Assembly: GCF_009914755.1 (NCBI RefSeq)
Contig: NC_060933.1
Length of the DNA stretch: 64,000 nt
Reading direction: 5' to 3' (one strand)
Origin: the human T2T-CHM13v2.0 reference genome, Homo sapiens
The position numbers were made by a program, and so were the translations under genes. Below are positions 14,401 through 26,297 of the stretch, in pieces; position 1 is the first letter of the stretch, and every line of letters begins with the position of its first letter. Under the pieces are notes generated by a model. That model was given only the letters and a program-made list of their open reading frames with translations, did not search any database and had not been told where the DNA came from.

Positions 14401-15609
14401 GACTAGCAATCAATGTATCCTACACAACTCCTTAATGGTATAAAAACATTTTGAAGAGTAGGTCCAGTAAAATAATTTTTAAGCTATGACTCATTAGAAA
14501 ACAAAAATAGCTGCAGATGTGGTAATAAAACAACTCTCTAGAATGTATAGAATTGTCTTTTAATATAAAAACATCTGGCTCAAAAATTAAATCTTAGAAA
14601 AACATCTTAAAGACCAAATGTCTATTATCAAAGTGTTTCACTTTCAACCAGATATATTATGATATATTACAACTGTGCTGTTAGCTCTGTAACAGCACAT
14701 TACCACTGCATTGCTGCTTTGGTTAAAATAGATTCTGTTGCTAGGAAAAACTTCCAGACTTGTTAAAGAATGATTCATTTTAATTGATATCTTTATTCCT
14801 CCTTTGCTGTAGGCCATATGTCACAACAGAAAGAATTTTGATTTGAAACAAAGAGATCTGGAATTGAATTTCTATTCATCTACTTACCATCTGCAGGATA
14901 TTAATCAAGCTACCGTGATGCACCTCTCTAACGGTCAATCAGCAGTTTCACAGACTTTCTTTATCCCCACCTATTGCCAGATTCCTCTGAACTCTGCTCA
15001 CCTGCCAAGATTTCCTATCATCTTTTTTGATCCATCACCAATTTTCTCCTCTGGACCTGTGGGTGTACATAATCCTAAGTTATGGCCGTTGCCAGTCAGC
15101 TTGATGCCAATGAAGCCTCAAGTGACAGTGCTGCAGGCTTTGAAATTCTGGACCCTGATCATCGGTCTGGGTACCCTGACCATTATTCTGCCAATTCTCT
15201 TTGCCAAACTCAGACATCATATCTCTTCCAGGCCCCCATTCTGACTCCTGTTTTCCCACTCACTCTTTCTCTTAGTGAACGTGGAGTGTGGACTCATGTT
15301 TCATTGGGGCTCTTGTCTGTGGATCTTGGAATTGCCTCTGCTGCTCCATTTATTTCATCATGATCAGGCAATGTCTTAGAAACATATTTTTAAAATCATT
15401 AATAATTTTTGATAAGGAGATCTTATACAGACTCTTTGAAATTTTCAAAATTATGTTTAAAGAAAGCAGATATTTATACATGTCCCATTGAAAAAAATGT
15501 AAGTTTAAGTAGCATATGAATGCATGCAATTCATCATATATAACATTGCTGCTATCTCTTTTACAAATGTCATTGCATCTCTTCTGTATATTTTGCTTGT
15601 CTTTGTAGG

Positions 15610-16827
15610 TATGTTTCATAGTTCCCCTCCTTGTGCCTTGCCCTAGGATGCTGAATTCTATAGACTTCATCACCAGGCTACCTGGCTCTCTAGATTTTAG
15701 TGTAGTTTGAAAAATGGAAGTCTTCACTGGTAGGAAATCAAAGAAGAAGAATAAAGAGAGACTGAGGTATTTATACCCGAATCCTCAAATGCAGAAGGTC
15801 GACAGAGGCTGCATTCCTCTAGTTGGAAAGACCATTCCTTATAACAGCTCTCACTAGATCATAAAAACATTCCATCTCCTTTCCCCTCCTGGCCTTTGCA
15901 AGCCCCTTGTTAGTTTCCTTGGTCATACCCACGCTTTTGTACATAGTTAAATTCTACTCAACTACTCCTTTTGAATGTGACACAATTTCTTTTTTTTTTT
16001 TTTTTAATACTTTAAGTTCTAGGGTTCATGTGCACAACGTGCAGGTTTGTTACATATGTATACATGTGCCATGTTGGTGTGCTGCACCCATTAACTCATT
16101 TACATTAGGTATATCTCCTAATGCTATCCTTCCCCCCTCTCCCCACCCCACGACAGGCCCCAGTGTGTGATGTTCCCCTTCCTGTGTCCAAGTGTTCTCA
16201 TTGTTCAATTCCCACCTGTGAGTGAGAACATGCGGTGTTTGGTTTTTTGTCCCTGCAATAGTTTGCTCAGAATGATGGTTTCCAGCTTCATCCATGTCCC
16301 TACAAAGGACATGAACTCATCCTTTTTTATGGCTGCATAGTATTCTATGATGTATATGTGCCACATTTTCTTAATCCAGTCTATCATCGATGGACATTCG
16401 GCTTGGTTCCAAGTCTTTGCTATTGTGAATAGTGCCGCAATAAACATACGTGTGCATGTGTCTTTATAGCAGCATGATTTATAATCCTTTGGGTATATGC
16501 CCAGTAATGGGATGGCTGGGTCAAATGGTATTTCTAGTTCTAGATCCTTGAGGAGTCACCACACTGTCTTCCACAATGCTTGAACTAGTTTGCAGTCCCA
16601 TCAACAGTGTAAAAGTGTTCCTATTTCTCCACATCCTCTCCAGCACCTGTTGTTTGCTGACTTTTTAATGATTGCCATTCTAACTGGTGTGAGATGGTAT
16701 CTCATTGTGGTTTTGATTTGCATTTCTCTGATGGCCAGTGATGATGAGCATTTTTTCATGTGTCTGTTGGCTGCATAAATGTCTTCTTTTGAGAAGTGTC
16801 TGTTCTTATGGGATCCTGACCGATACA
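15610..16827 (+). mobile_element. LTR33-like ERVL LTR split near its 3' end by an L1PA
   Basis: LTR33-like body at 15610-15985; terminal 'gggatcctgaccgataca' resumes at 16806-16827. Confidence 0.65.
15986..16805 (-). mobile_element. 5'-truncated L1PA (about PA4-6): ORF2 C-terminus plus 3' UTR
   Basis: Poly-T tail, L1PA 3' UTR; ORF 16205-16447 (MFIAALFTIAKTWNQ...) is the ORF2p C-terminus. Confidence 0.95.
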
Positions 16828-17679
16828 GTCTCTGTGCACCAAGTTTAACTGAGCAATGTTGACAAGTGCTCAGCCTCTTTTATGGAATATTTGGTCCCTG
16901 TACATAAATGGAAGAGGAAACTGGTAGACATAGTTTATAATTCTTCGGTCAGCATTTTAAAGTTTGCTAGCTTGCTTAAGAATATCTAGCTTACTTAATT
17001 TCTAGCTTGCTTAAGAATATCTAGCTATAATCCATCGATACATAAAGATATATAAGAGTAGTCAAATGTAATAGAAAGTTTTATATACTTTAATAAGGTT
17101 TAAGACTTAATTCTGTTAAATAAAAAGATATTCAATGTGAAAGAATGTGTGCACAATATTTTACCTTCACTATTCAACTTCTTTTATACATAAGTTAAAA
17201 AAATCTTTTCCAATAAGTATTGGAAATTCCTTGCTCGAAAATTAGGTCCATAATTATGATCTTGGGAGTGTAATGATTTTACATTCTCCCTTTCCTTCTA
17301 CCTCTTTTTGAAGCTGTATCATTAAATTGTCATTTGCACATCTTCTTTTTTTATTCTTGTATAACTGATGAATAGCACATGGAAATTCTGAAAAATCAGG
17401 TGAGCAGTCACATTGACTTTCAGAGGAGACATTCTAGTTCTTGCTTGATAATCTTCCAGAGAGGACTTGCTTTTTTTAGAAAACTGCAGTAATCACTTAG
17501 ATAATATTTCCTTTTGTCTAACCCAAAATTTTAGCTCTAGAGATACTTATATTTTGTTTCATACTACTTATAAGACTAATCTGTAACATTTGCTTTAGTA
17601 ATTATGTGACATCAAGGTTTTCTAGCTTTCTTAAAGTCTATAGACTTCCCGGTCATGTTTCAAGACATCGATGGATGCC

Positions 17680-18108
17680 TGTTGTAACAGAGGCTGATGG
17701 CTCTCCTCTGAGCCTGGCCTTTTCTTCCTGAACATACCACCAGTTTACATTTCCTGGGTTCCTTTGATCAGTTGTGGTAATTTGACGGTTTCCACCTCAC
17801 TCTGAGAATAAGTAAGTCTCATTCTTAAACCTGGCCTAAGAAAACCTCAAACCATGCAGTCATGTTCTTTCCTTTTATTGGCTGGATTACATAGAGATAA
17901 CCGTCAGACTTACCATGAAATTTGTGTGAATAACAGTAGAGTGATTATCAGCATTGGTTGCTGAGTAACTTCATAGATCAGAACCCTCTCCTGTCTGCGC
18001 AGAATTTGTCTTTTACTGAAACTGAAGAAGAAATATACTTCTGTTTTGTTTGAACGAATGTACATTTTTGATCTATTTGTTGTAAAGGTTAGCCTACCTT
18101 GACTAACA
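17680..18108 (+). mobile_element. MLT1 (I/J-like) MaLR LTR
   Basis: 3' end 'gttagcctaccttgactaaca' and 'agaaatatacttctgt' motifs. Confidence 0.6.
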
Positions 18109-18299
18109 AAAATTAAATGAACAAATTAATTATCTCTCATTGGTTTTAAAATTATTTTATTATTGGTGTAGTGTGTTTACTTGACACTTTATTCTTTTAA
18201 AAATACTATATTTTTCTTTCCTATTTCAAAGAAGCATTCAAAAAATAAGCCGTTTTACAAGCACATTTAATGACTAAAGAGGGATCAGTAAGTTTCATG

Positions 18300-18700
18300 A
18301 ATTTTGCTAGGCTCTTGGAGTGATCAAAGACTCTTGTCTCATAGATTTTGTTGATTGGTGGAGAAGACAGACATTAATCAAATAATGACATAAATAAATG
18401 CATATTTACAAATGGAGATAACTGATTTAAAATAAAAAAGTAATATGAAACACCATAAATGAAGCTGGCTTACTGTAGGGGAAGAATGATTATTTAATAA
18501 AATGATGTTCAAATTGAAATCAATAACAAGAGTAGGATTAGACTGGGACAACAAAAGTGTAGACTGTATCCCAAGCAATGGAAACACTGTACAAAGACCC
18601 TGTGGATGAAGGCATCACAGCAATGCAAGGACTTGGTTGAAGGCCATTGTGCCTGGGGAAGAGCCATCCCTAAGGTATGAGATAACGCCAAAAAAATTGC
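18300..18700 (-). mobile_element. L2 3' fragment
   Basis: 'ggagaagacagacattaatcaaataat...tgtacaaagaccctgtgg' typical of reverse L2. Confidence 0.65.
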
Positions 18701-18798
18701 TGAGAGCCAGCAACTTATTGAACACTGCCTCTTTGTAGTTACCTCCTCTTCTGTTGGAAATATTAGTGTCACACTCCCTTCATTCATCTTTAATATCA

Positions 18799-19321
18799 TG
18801 TCAGGTTACATTTTCTAAATGATGCCACAGCAATAACTCCAGTCTAATTTCCTCTTCCAGAACCTTGCCACTACCCCAACTATAGCTGAAGTCTATTTCC
18901 TCTTTCCTTGAAAAGAGGTAAACTGTTAAGGCTATCTCAACATGTAGTATATAACAAGTGATGTCACTTGACTTCCAAGACTAGTTCATCAAAGGTAATA
19001 CAGCTACCTGGCTTTCTGTATTGAGATGATCACCCTTGAATACAACCATTGTGATATGAAAAAGCTCAGGTCACATGGAAAGGCCACATAGAGATGTTCC
19101 ACTCAAAAACATGCTAAGGTTTCAGCCAGCAGACATCATTAACCATCACATTTATGAGGGAGCAAGCGAATGAATTCCAGTCTTTGGTTTTCAAGTTGCT
19201 CCAGTTGATGATGAGTGAAACAAAGACAATCTATCCCCACTGAATCCTGTCTAAATTGCAGATTTATAAGCAAAGTAAGTATCATTCATTTATTCCCCTA
19301 AGTTTGGGGGTAACCAGAACA
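18799..19321 (+). mobile_element. MLT1 (G/H-like) MaLR LTR
   Basis: TG start; end 'ctaagtttgggggtaaccagaaca'; 'aaattgcagatttataagcaaa' motif. Confidence 0.65.
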
Positions 19322-19369
19322 AGTACCCGGATTCCTTCCCATTTTTCTTTGTTTAGTAGTTTTCTTTAG

Positions 19370-19610
19370 CATAATAGTGTAATAAAGTATTTTTTTTCCA
19401 GATTAGGTTTCCTTGCTTCAAATCATCACTCTATTACTTTTTAACTATGTAAAAAGAGTACAAGTTATTGTATCTCATTTTCTTCATCTGTAAAATGGTG
19501 GAAATGATGGTACTTACTCCATGGTATTATTGTGAATACTAAATAAATGTTTCATGTAAAACATTTATTACAGTACCTAGCACATAATCAATACTCAACA
19601 AATATGTAGA
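19370..19610 (+). mobile_element. MIR
   Basis: 'ttttcttcatctgtaaaatgg...acagtacctagcacataat' core and 3' end. Confidence 0.8.
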
Positions 19611-20433
19611 TTTTAGTTTAACTGTGAAAACTTGACATTTGCTAGCATTCCCTTCATGATTATCTTCTATTATCTTCTTTGATGTGTTATTTCAAGTATT
19701 CTTAATGATTCCTGTTGTTTCAACTGTCACTTTTTTCCAAACGACATTTTGTTTCTTCTTTCTTAATTAGGATTTTAGGCTATAGTAAAAACCAATGGCA
19801 TAGTATAATTTTTGAGAGTTGTCTCATATGCTTCAGTATTTACTTCTTCCTTTTTAGCATATATGATTACTGTAGCATAATAATAAGAAATCAGTATGTC
19901 CTGGGATGTCAAGTAAAAAGTACGAGAGTCATCTTACAGTTATATGACTTCTTAGTAAAGTGAGAACCCACCCCCCAGCCCCGCCAAAAAAAAAAAAAAA
20001 AAAAAAAATCTGAAGCTGGAAGAGAATGAGACTGTAATTTGAGAAAAAATAAATTTTTGATAAACTTTGTTAAGAAAAAGAGAAGATCCCCTTCCAAGTA
20101 AAATTTGGGGAGGTATAAAGAGAAGAAAAAAGAAAAAAAAAAACCTCTACTTAGAATGATTTAAAAAGTCATGTTAAGTTTTGGTTGTTTTTAATCTCTC
20201 AATGATTGTGAAATTGGCTTCTGGTTTTATCTACTAATCTACTTGAAGTGTGTGCCTAAAAGGAAGTATATACTTCTTATAAAGAATTAGAAAATTTAAC
20301 TTTTAAAATGCATAACTGAGTCTTAATATTAGTGATTGATCTCAGTGGGAGTAATCCATGCTAGTGATCATGAGTGACGTGGCAGAGTTGGCTTATAGGG
20401 AGTGAGTATTAATAGCAATGAATCTCCCCAAAA

Positions 20434-20606
20434 TGTAATCCGAGCTACTCAGGAGGCTGAGGCAGGAGAATTGCTTAAATCCAGGAGGTGGATCGCTTGA
20501 ACCCGGGAGGCTGCAGTGAGCTGAGATCCCGCCTCCCGCCACTGTACTCTTGCCTGGGTGACAGAGCCAGACTCCGCCCCCCCCAACACCCCCCACAAAA
20601 AAAAAA
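20434..20606 (+). mobile_element. Alu right-arm fragment with internal rearrangement
   Basis: tgtaatccgagctactcaggaggctgaggcaggagaa...gcctgggtgacagagc plus C/A-rich tail. Confidence 0.9.
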
Positions 20607-20699
20607 TATGTCTATGAAATTTCCCATACTTTATCTTGTCAAATGCAGTCTTGTGCATCACTTTCTGGTTCAAGGCTAATAATCCTAATATTAGAGAAC

Positions 20700-20930
20700 A
20701 CTTACGTTGTATTTAATTATTTAATATTATAGAACATTTACAGAACTCTAAGCTATTTAGCTGATATAACTTAATTAATTATCAAAACAACATATTGGTA
20801 CTATTATAATCTCAATTTTTAATGGAACAGCATGCATAGAAAGGTTAAAATCTTGTTTAACTCTAGGTGCTTATGTTGGAGGTTGGGATTTGAGTGCCCA
20901 CTAACTGGCTCTAGACCCTGCTTGTCATCA
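20700..20930 (-). mobile_element. MIR fragment
   Basis: Degenerate 'agaaaggttaaa...gggatttgag...ctggctctaga'. Confidence 0.5.
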
Positions 20931-21377
20931 TTATGACATGTAATGGGCCACTGGGGTCTGCATTATAAGCTCCAATCTCTTAAGAATGACAATTAAGATC
21001 CAAGTCCTTGTTTCCTACCTATATCTCCCTCTCACCTTCTCTACACTAACTAGGATCCAACTAACCTAGAAGAGTGACCATTTTGCAAGCCTACTCTGGA
21101 TTTTTCTATCCCATTATTTTTTGTCAAACTCAAAGTGTATATGATATGCTTTTATTCCTCTTTTTAGATTGTCAAAATCCTAACAATTATTCTCAGCTAA
21201 GTTGTGTCTTCTCCATGTATACTTACTTGATCTAGCCTATTTATGAAGCAGAGAGGAAATCTCTCTCTTTCCTCTTACCACTCATATATTTTTTTCCATA
21301 GGTTACGCGCTAAGCTTCCTAAAAGCAGGAATTACTGTCTTCTTTACTTGTGTCCGCAAAATGGTATAAAGCCTTAC

Positions 21378-22690
21378 AAAAAACATAAGTTCTAAAAATG
21401 TAAAACTAATAGAAGAAAACATAGGGGAAAAGCTCCACAACATTGATCTAGGCAATGACTTCTTGGATAGGACTCCAAAAGCACAGGCAACAAAAACAAA
21501 AATAGACAAATGGGATTGTATCAAGCTGAAAAGATTCTTCACAGCAGAGAAAACAAATAACAGAGTAAAGAGACAGCTATAGGCTGAGAAAAGATATTTG
21601 CAAACCGTACATCTAATAAGGGTCTAGTATCCATAATATATAAAAGGAACTCAAATAGCTCAATAGCAAGAATACAAATAACCCAATTTAAAAATGGACA
21701 AAGGATTGAACAGATGCTTCTTAAGAGACATAATTGACTAATAGATAAATGAAAAAATTCTCAGCGTCTCAAATCATCAGAGAAATGCAAAATAAAACCA
21801 CAGTAAGATATCACCTCATACCTGACAGACTAGCTATTATCAAAAAAAGAATGATAACAAGTATTTGTAAGAATGTGGAAAAAATGGAACCCTTGTATGC
21901 TGTTGGTGAGAATATAAATTAGTGCGGCCATTTTGGAAAATAGTATGGGAGTTTCTCAAAAAACTAAAAAAAAATTACCCTATGATCTAGCAATTCCACT
22001 TCTGGATACATATATATGTGTGTGTGTGTGTATATATATATATATGAAATTTCACAGTAAAATTGAAATCAGTATGTTGAAGAGATATCTGCCCTCCCAT
22101 GATCATTGCAGTATTATTCACAATAGCCAAGATGTGGAATCAACCTAAGTATCCATCAAAGGATAAAGAAAATGTGATATATCTACACAATAGAATACAG
22201 TGTTTAAAAAGGAGTAAATTCTGTCATTTGTGACAACGTGGATGGAACTAGAGGACATTATGCTAAGTAAAATAAGCCATGTACAGAAAGACAAATACTT
22301 TATGATCTCAATTATATGTGGAATCTAAGTGAATTGATTTCATAGAAACGGGGAGTAGGAAGGTGGTTAACCAAGATAACAGGAAAAGGGAAGGAATGGA
22401 GAAAAGGAAGAAAATGATCAAAGCATATAAAGCTCCAGTTAGACTGGAAGGATAAGTTTTAGTGATTTATTTCCCTGCATGGTGACCAAGTTAATAAGGT
22501 ATTGTCTATTTCAAAATTGCTAAAGCAGATTTTTAATGTACTCACCAAAAAAAAAAAAAAAAAAAAAAGATAAATTGCTGAGGTGAAAGTTATGTTAATC
22601 AGTTTGATTGAATCTTCCTATAATGTATACATAGACCAAAACATCACATTGTAGCTATAAATATACACGACTTTTTTCAGTTTAAAAAAG
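21378..22690 (+). mobile_element. L1MA-type 3' fragment (ORF2 end and 3' UTR) containing a (TA)(TG)(TA) microsatellite
   Basis: 'aaagcacaggcaacaaaaacaaaaatagacaaatggga' and L1MA 3' UTR motifs. Confidence 0.9.
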
Positions 22691-22700
22691 GACAAAACTA

Positions 22701-22967
22701 TGCCTATAATCTCAGGCATAGTTGGAAGCCGAGTCGGGCGGATCACGAGGTCAGGAGATCAAGACCATCCTGGCTAACATGGTGAAATCCCGTCTCTACT
22801 AAAAATACAAAAAATTAGCCGGGTGTGGTGGCACACACCTGGAGTCCCAGCTACTTGGGCCTGGAGTCCCAAGAGGCTGAGGTAGGAGAATCGCTTGAAA
22901 CCGGGAGGCGCCACTGCACTCCAGCCTGGGTGACAGAGCAAGACTCCACCAAAAAAAAAAAAAAAAA
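22701..22967 (+). mobile_element. Alu (Sc/Y-like), slightly 5'-truncated, with internal deletion and duplication
   Basis: Alu body with poly-A; TSD aaaaagga(c/t)aaaacta ending at 22700 and 22978. Confidence 0.92.
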
Positions 22968-25746
22968 GGATAAAACTAAAAATAAAAATCAGTACTCAAA
23001 ATCTCTTCCCAGATGAATTGAATTATGTCATTATCTTATAGCTCTCTAGAATATAGCAAACATTCTAAGAATTACACAGAACCACTGTTTATAAAAACCT
23101 AAAGAAAAATATTTTACATTAACATTTTTTATATTTTAGGTATATACTATCCATGTAAAATACATAATGTAATTGACTTTTTAAATTAATTTATGTGGTA
23201 AAATATGAACAACAATAATTTTCAAATTATTCTAATATACCAAAGATGACTCAAATGCCAAACTCAGATCATTAGGAAACTGACAATTACAATGTTATCT
23301 GATTAATCTAAAGTGATCTTGACATTCAGACAGGATAATCTAATCAGAAAGAAAAGATTATGTGTTTTGTGCCTTGAGTTGTTTTTCTTAATCTTTATAA
23401 TTAACTTCATGCAACCAAATGCGTTTCTTCAAAATAGAGATGTCACACTACATCCCTTAAAATAACATAATAAATGTTCATCTCCCTGTTAATTAATTTG
23501 AGTTTTATGTACTCTATGCTGCAGACCAATACATCTCTGCAGTAAATGTGTCAAGATAACAATGACATTTTCCTCACTTGGTATTTGAATTCTCCTAACA
23601 ACATCTAATTCTGTGGAAGTACAGGATTTTCCTTAGTGGCCATCAGTCTTGTACTTTGTTTTTTGTTTTTTTTCTTTTCTTTTTCTGATATGTGAGGAAT
23701 TTAATCAGACCAATCGTAGTCAATTGGTTCATTTCTGTTTAATCTGTTAAATTATCTCTCTCTCCCCTCCCTCCCCCAACTCTTTCTCCCTCTCCTTCCA
23801 TCCTCCCTTCTCTACCTCAAAATTAATGAGTGATTACAGTTAAAATGTTAATTCTTAATGAGAAGAAGATTTTTTGCTTGTCTGATTCAATATGTGGTTG
23901 TCAGGAAAGCTCCTAATTTAACAGGTACCCAAACTGCTTCCTGCTGTGTTGACACAGAGCCATTTATACTCACGTTTACACAAACCAATTGCTTTAGCTT
24001 CAGGATAAACATTCCGAAGGGCGAGAAAATATTTTGTGGCTTGACCGTCCAAGAGTGGGAGTGTTTGATTACGTGCACTCTTAGCGAGTTGTATAAACCA
24101 GGTGGAATAACCAGGGCGTGCTTAAGTTTAACATTCTTACAAGAGGGATATTGACTGCATGATTTTATCTAAGAAAGAATTACTCTTCTGTGTATAACCA
24201 CACATTTCAATCACTTTGAACAATAGTTCAAGCAAGTTTAGTTTTCTTAGTGGAGCTTAATCAGACTTTCACTGAAAATATTTTTACGTAAAATAATTAA
24301 CCAAACGTAGTTCTACAATTCATTTTTCCCTTTTCTGGCATGTCTTGGAGATCTGACCTCTTTAGGAAGGCTTTTAGACAATGGGAAGCTACAATTTAAT
24401 ATCCTTGGCTTTAATAGACACTAAAGATTACACTGCAAGCATAACTGCAGAGCTTCTAAAAGACAGACAGTGCATATATTCCATGTGGGAGAAGACCTCC
24501 AGCTGCCGCATATTTGCAACCATTTCCTAAACCTCATCTTTTTTAAGTTTCTTCCTATTTTGATCCTGATCTAAGCCATCCTTTGTGGCTCTTAGCTTGG
24601 AGTTTGTGGTCACTGAGTTTTTAACTGGATAATTTTAACCAATTGCAGTTACTCTTCCAAAGCTAAACTTGCTATTTCAAAGGGGTTTTATAATCTCTTG
24701 AGCTTTGTATTTGGACTGTAAACCCAGTTGCTGGTATTTAGGCATCAAAATGACTTTTTTTAAGTGTTTAAATAAGGGTAAGGCTTATAATCAGTAAATG
24801 TGTGTAGTGGTACAGTGTTTTGGCTTATCTTTCTGGAAAAATACTTAAGGCAATTCTAACAATTGTCAAAAATATGTTATTTCTGCCTGAGGGCAAAAAC
24901 ATTGACTCAGACTTGTCTCATGTACCAACCAAGGAAAAAAAAGGTTGATCTGTTTTAGTTTTTGAATGTGTAATGTTGATGTTGTACAAGTGAGTGTATT
25001 TAAACACGCGAGTTAACAGTAGAGATTGTTAAATCCATAAATTAACTATATTTTTTTCTTTACATATTGCAGACAAAATTATTTAAAAATACATCTTAGA
25101 CATAGGGGGAGTAGTCCCCCCCTCATCCAAGGTTTCAGTTACCGCAGTCAACCACAGTCTGAAAATTAGGTAAATATAGCACAATAAGATATTTCAGAGA
25201 GAAAAAGACCACATTCACATAACTTTTATTATAGTATATTATTATAATTGTTCTATTTTGTTATTAGTTATGGTTGTTAACCTCATATTGTGCCCGATTT
25301 ATAAATTAAACTTTATCATAGGTATGTGTGTATAGGGAAAAACATGGTACAGATATTGCAGGACAGGCAATACCCCAAATTGGAGCTTAGCCCAGGAGGG
25401 TTCTTGGCTTTGCCAAGGAAAGGATTCAAGGGTGAGCCAATGGTATTAGACAGAGATTTTTATTGAACAATACTGCTCCTTGCAGAGTAGGGCTAACTCA
25501 TATGCCATGGGGGCAGAATCGGTAATGTATTCCTACTCATGTAAACCCATTTTCAATTACATGCAAATTAAGGGGCGAGTCAAAGCAAATTAAGGGGCGG
25601 GTTATTTAGAACTTTCTGGGGAAAAGGTGATAACTTCTGGGCCATTGCCATGGAAAGGGGTAGTGACTTATGGGTTATTGCCCTGGCATTTGTAAACTGT
25701 CATGATGCAGGAGGGAGTGTCTTATGCTAATGAGAAATAAGGGCAG

Positions 25747-26297
25747 TGTATTAGTGTATTAGTCTCTAGTGGGACAGGACTAACAGGATAGATGTATATG
25801 TGAAAGGGAGTTTATTAAGGAGTATTGACTCACATGATCACAAGGTGAAGTCCCACAGTAGGCCATCTGCAAGCTGAGGAGCAAAGAAGCCAGTCATAGT
25901 CCCAAAACCTCAAAAGTAGGGAAGCCAACAGTGCAGCCTTCAGTCTGTGGCCAAAGGCCACAGAAAACTACTGGAAAACTACTGATCTAAGTCCAAGAGC
26001 ATAAAAGCTAATGAACTTGGAGTCTGATGTTTCAGGGTGGGAAGCATCCAGCACAGGAGAAAGATGAAGGCTGGAAGATTCAGCCAGTCTTGTCCTTCCA
26101 TGTGCCTCTGCCTGCTTTTATCCTAGCCGCACTGGCAGCTGATTAGATGGTGCAACATAGACTGAGGGTGGATCAGCCTCTCCCAGTCCATTGTTCAAAT
26201 GTTAGTCTCCTTTGGCAACATCCGCACAAACACACCCAGGAACAATACTTTGCATCCTTTAATCCAATCAAGTTGACACTCCATATTAACCATCACA
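25747..26297 (-). mobile_element. MLT2A2-like solo LTR (HERV-L)
   Basis: tgtattagt...aaccatcaca termini; 5-bp TSD GGCAG (25742-25746, 26298-26302). Confidence 0.92.
26260..26270 (+). promoter_or_regulatory. DUX4-type motif TAATCCAATCA in the MLT2A U3 region
   Basis: Exact match to TAAYYYAATCA; binding not demonstrated. Confidence 0.55.

Noticed and set aside
14843-15727. ORFs of 93-133 aa with hydrophobic stretches
   Set aside because: Start in or near MIR/LTR relics, several use non-ATG starts, and none resembles a protein I know
23336-23346. Perfect DUX4 motif TAATCTAATCA in unique DNA
   Set aside because: A rough base-composition estimate predicts about one such match per window by chance
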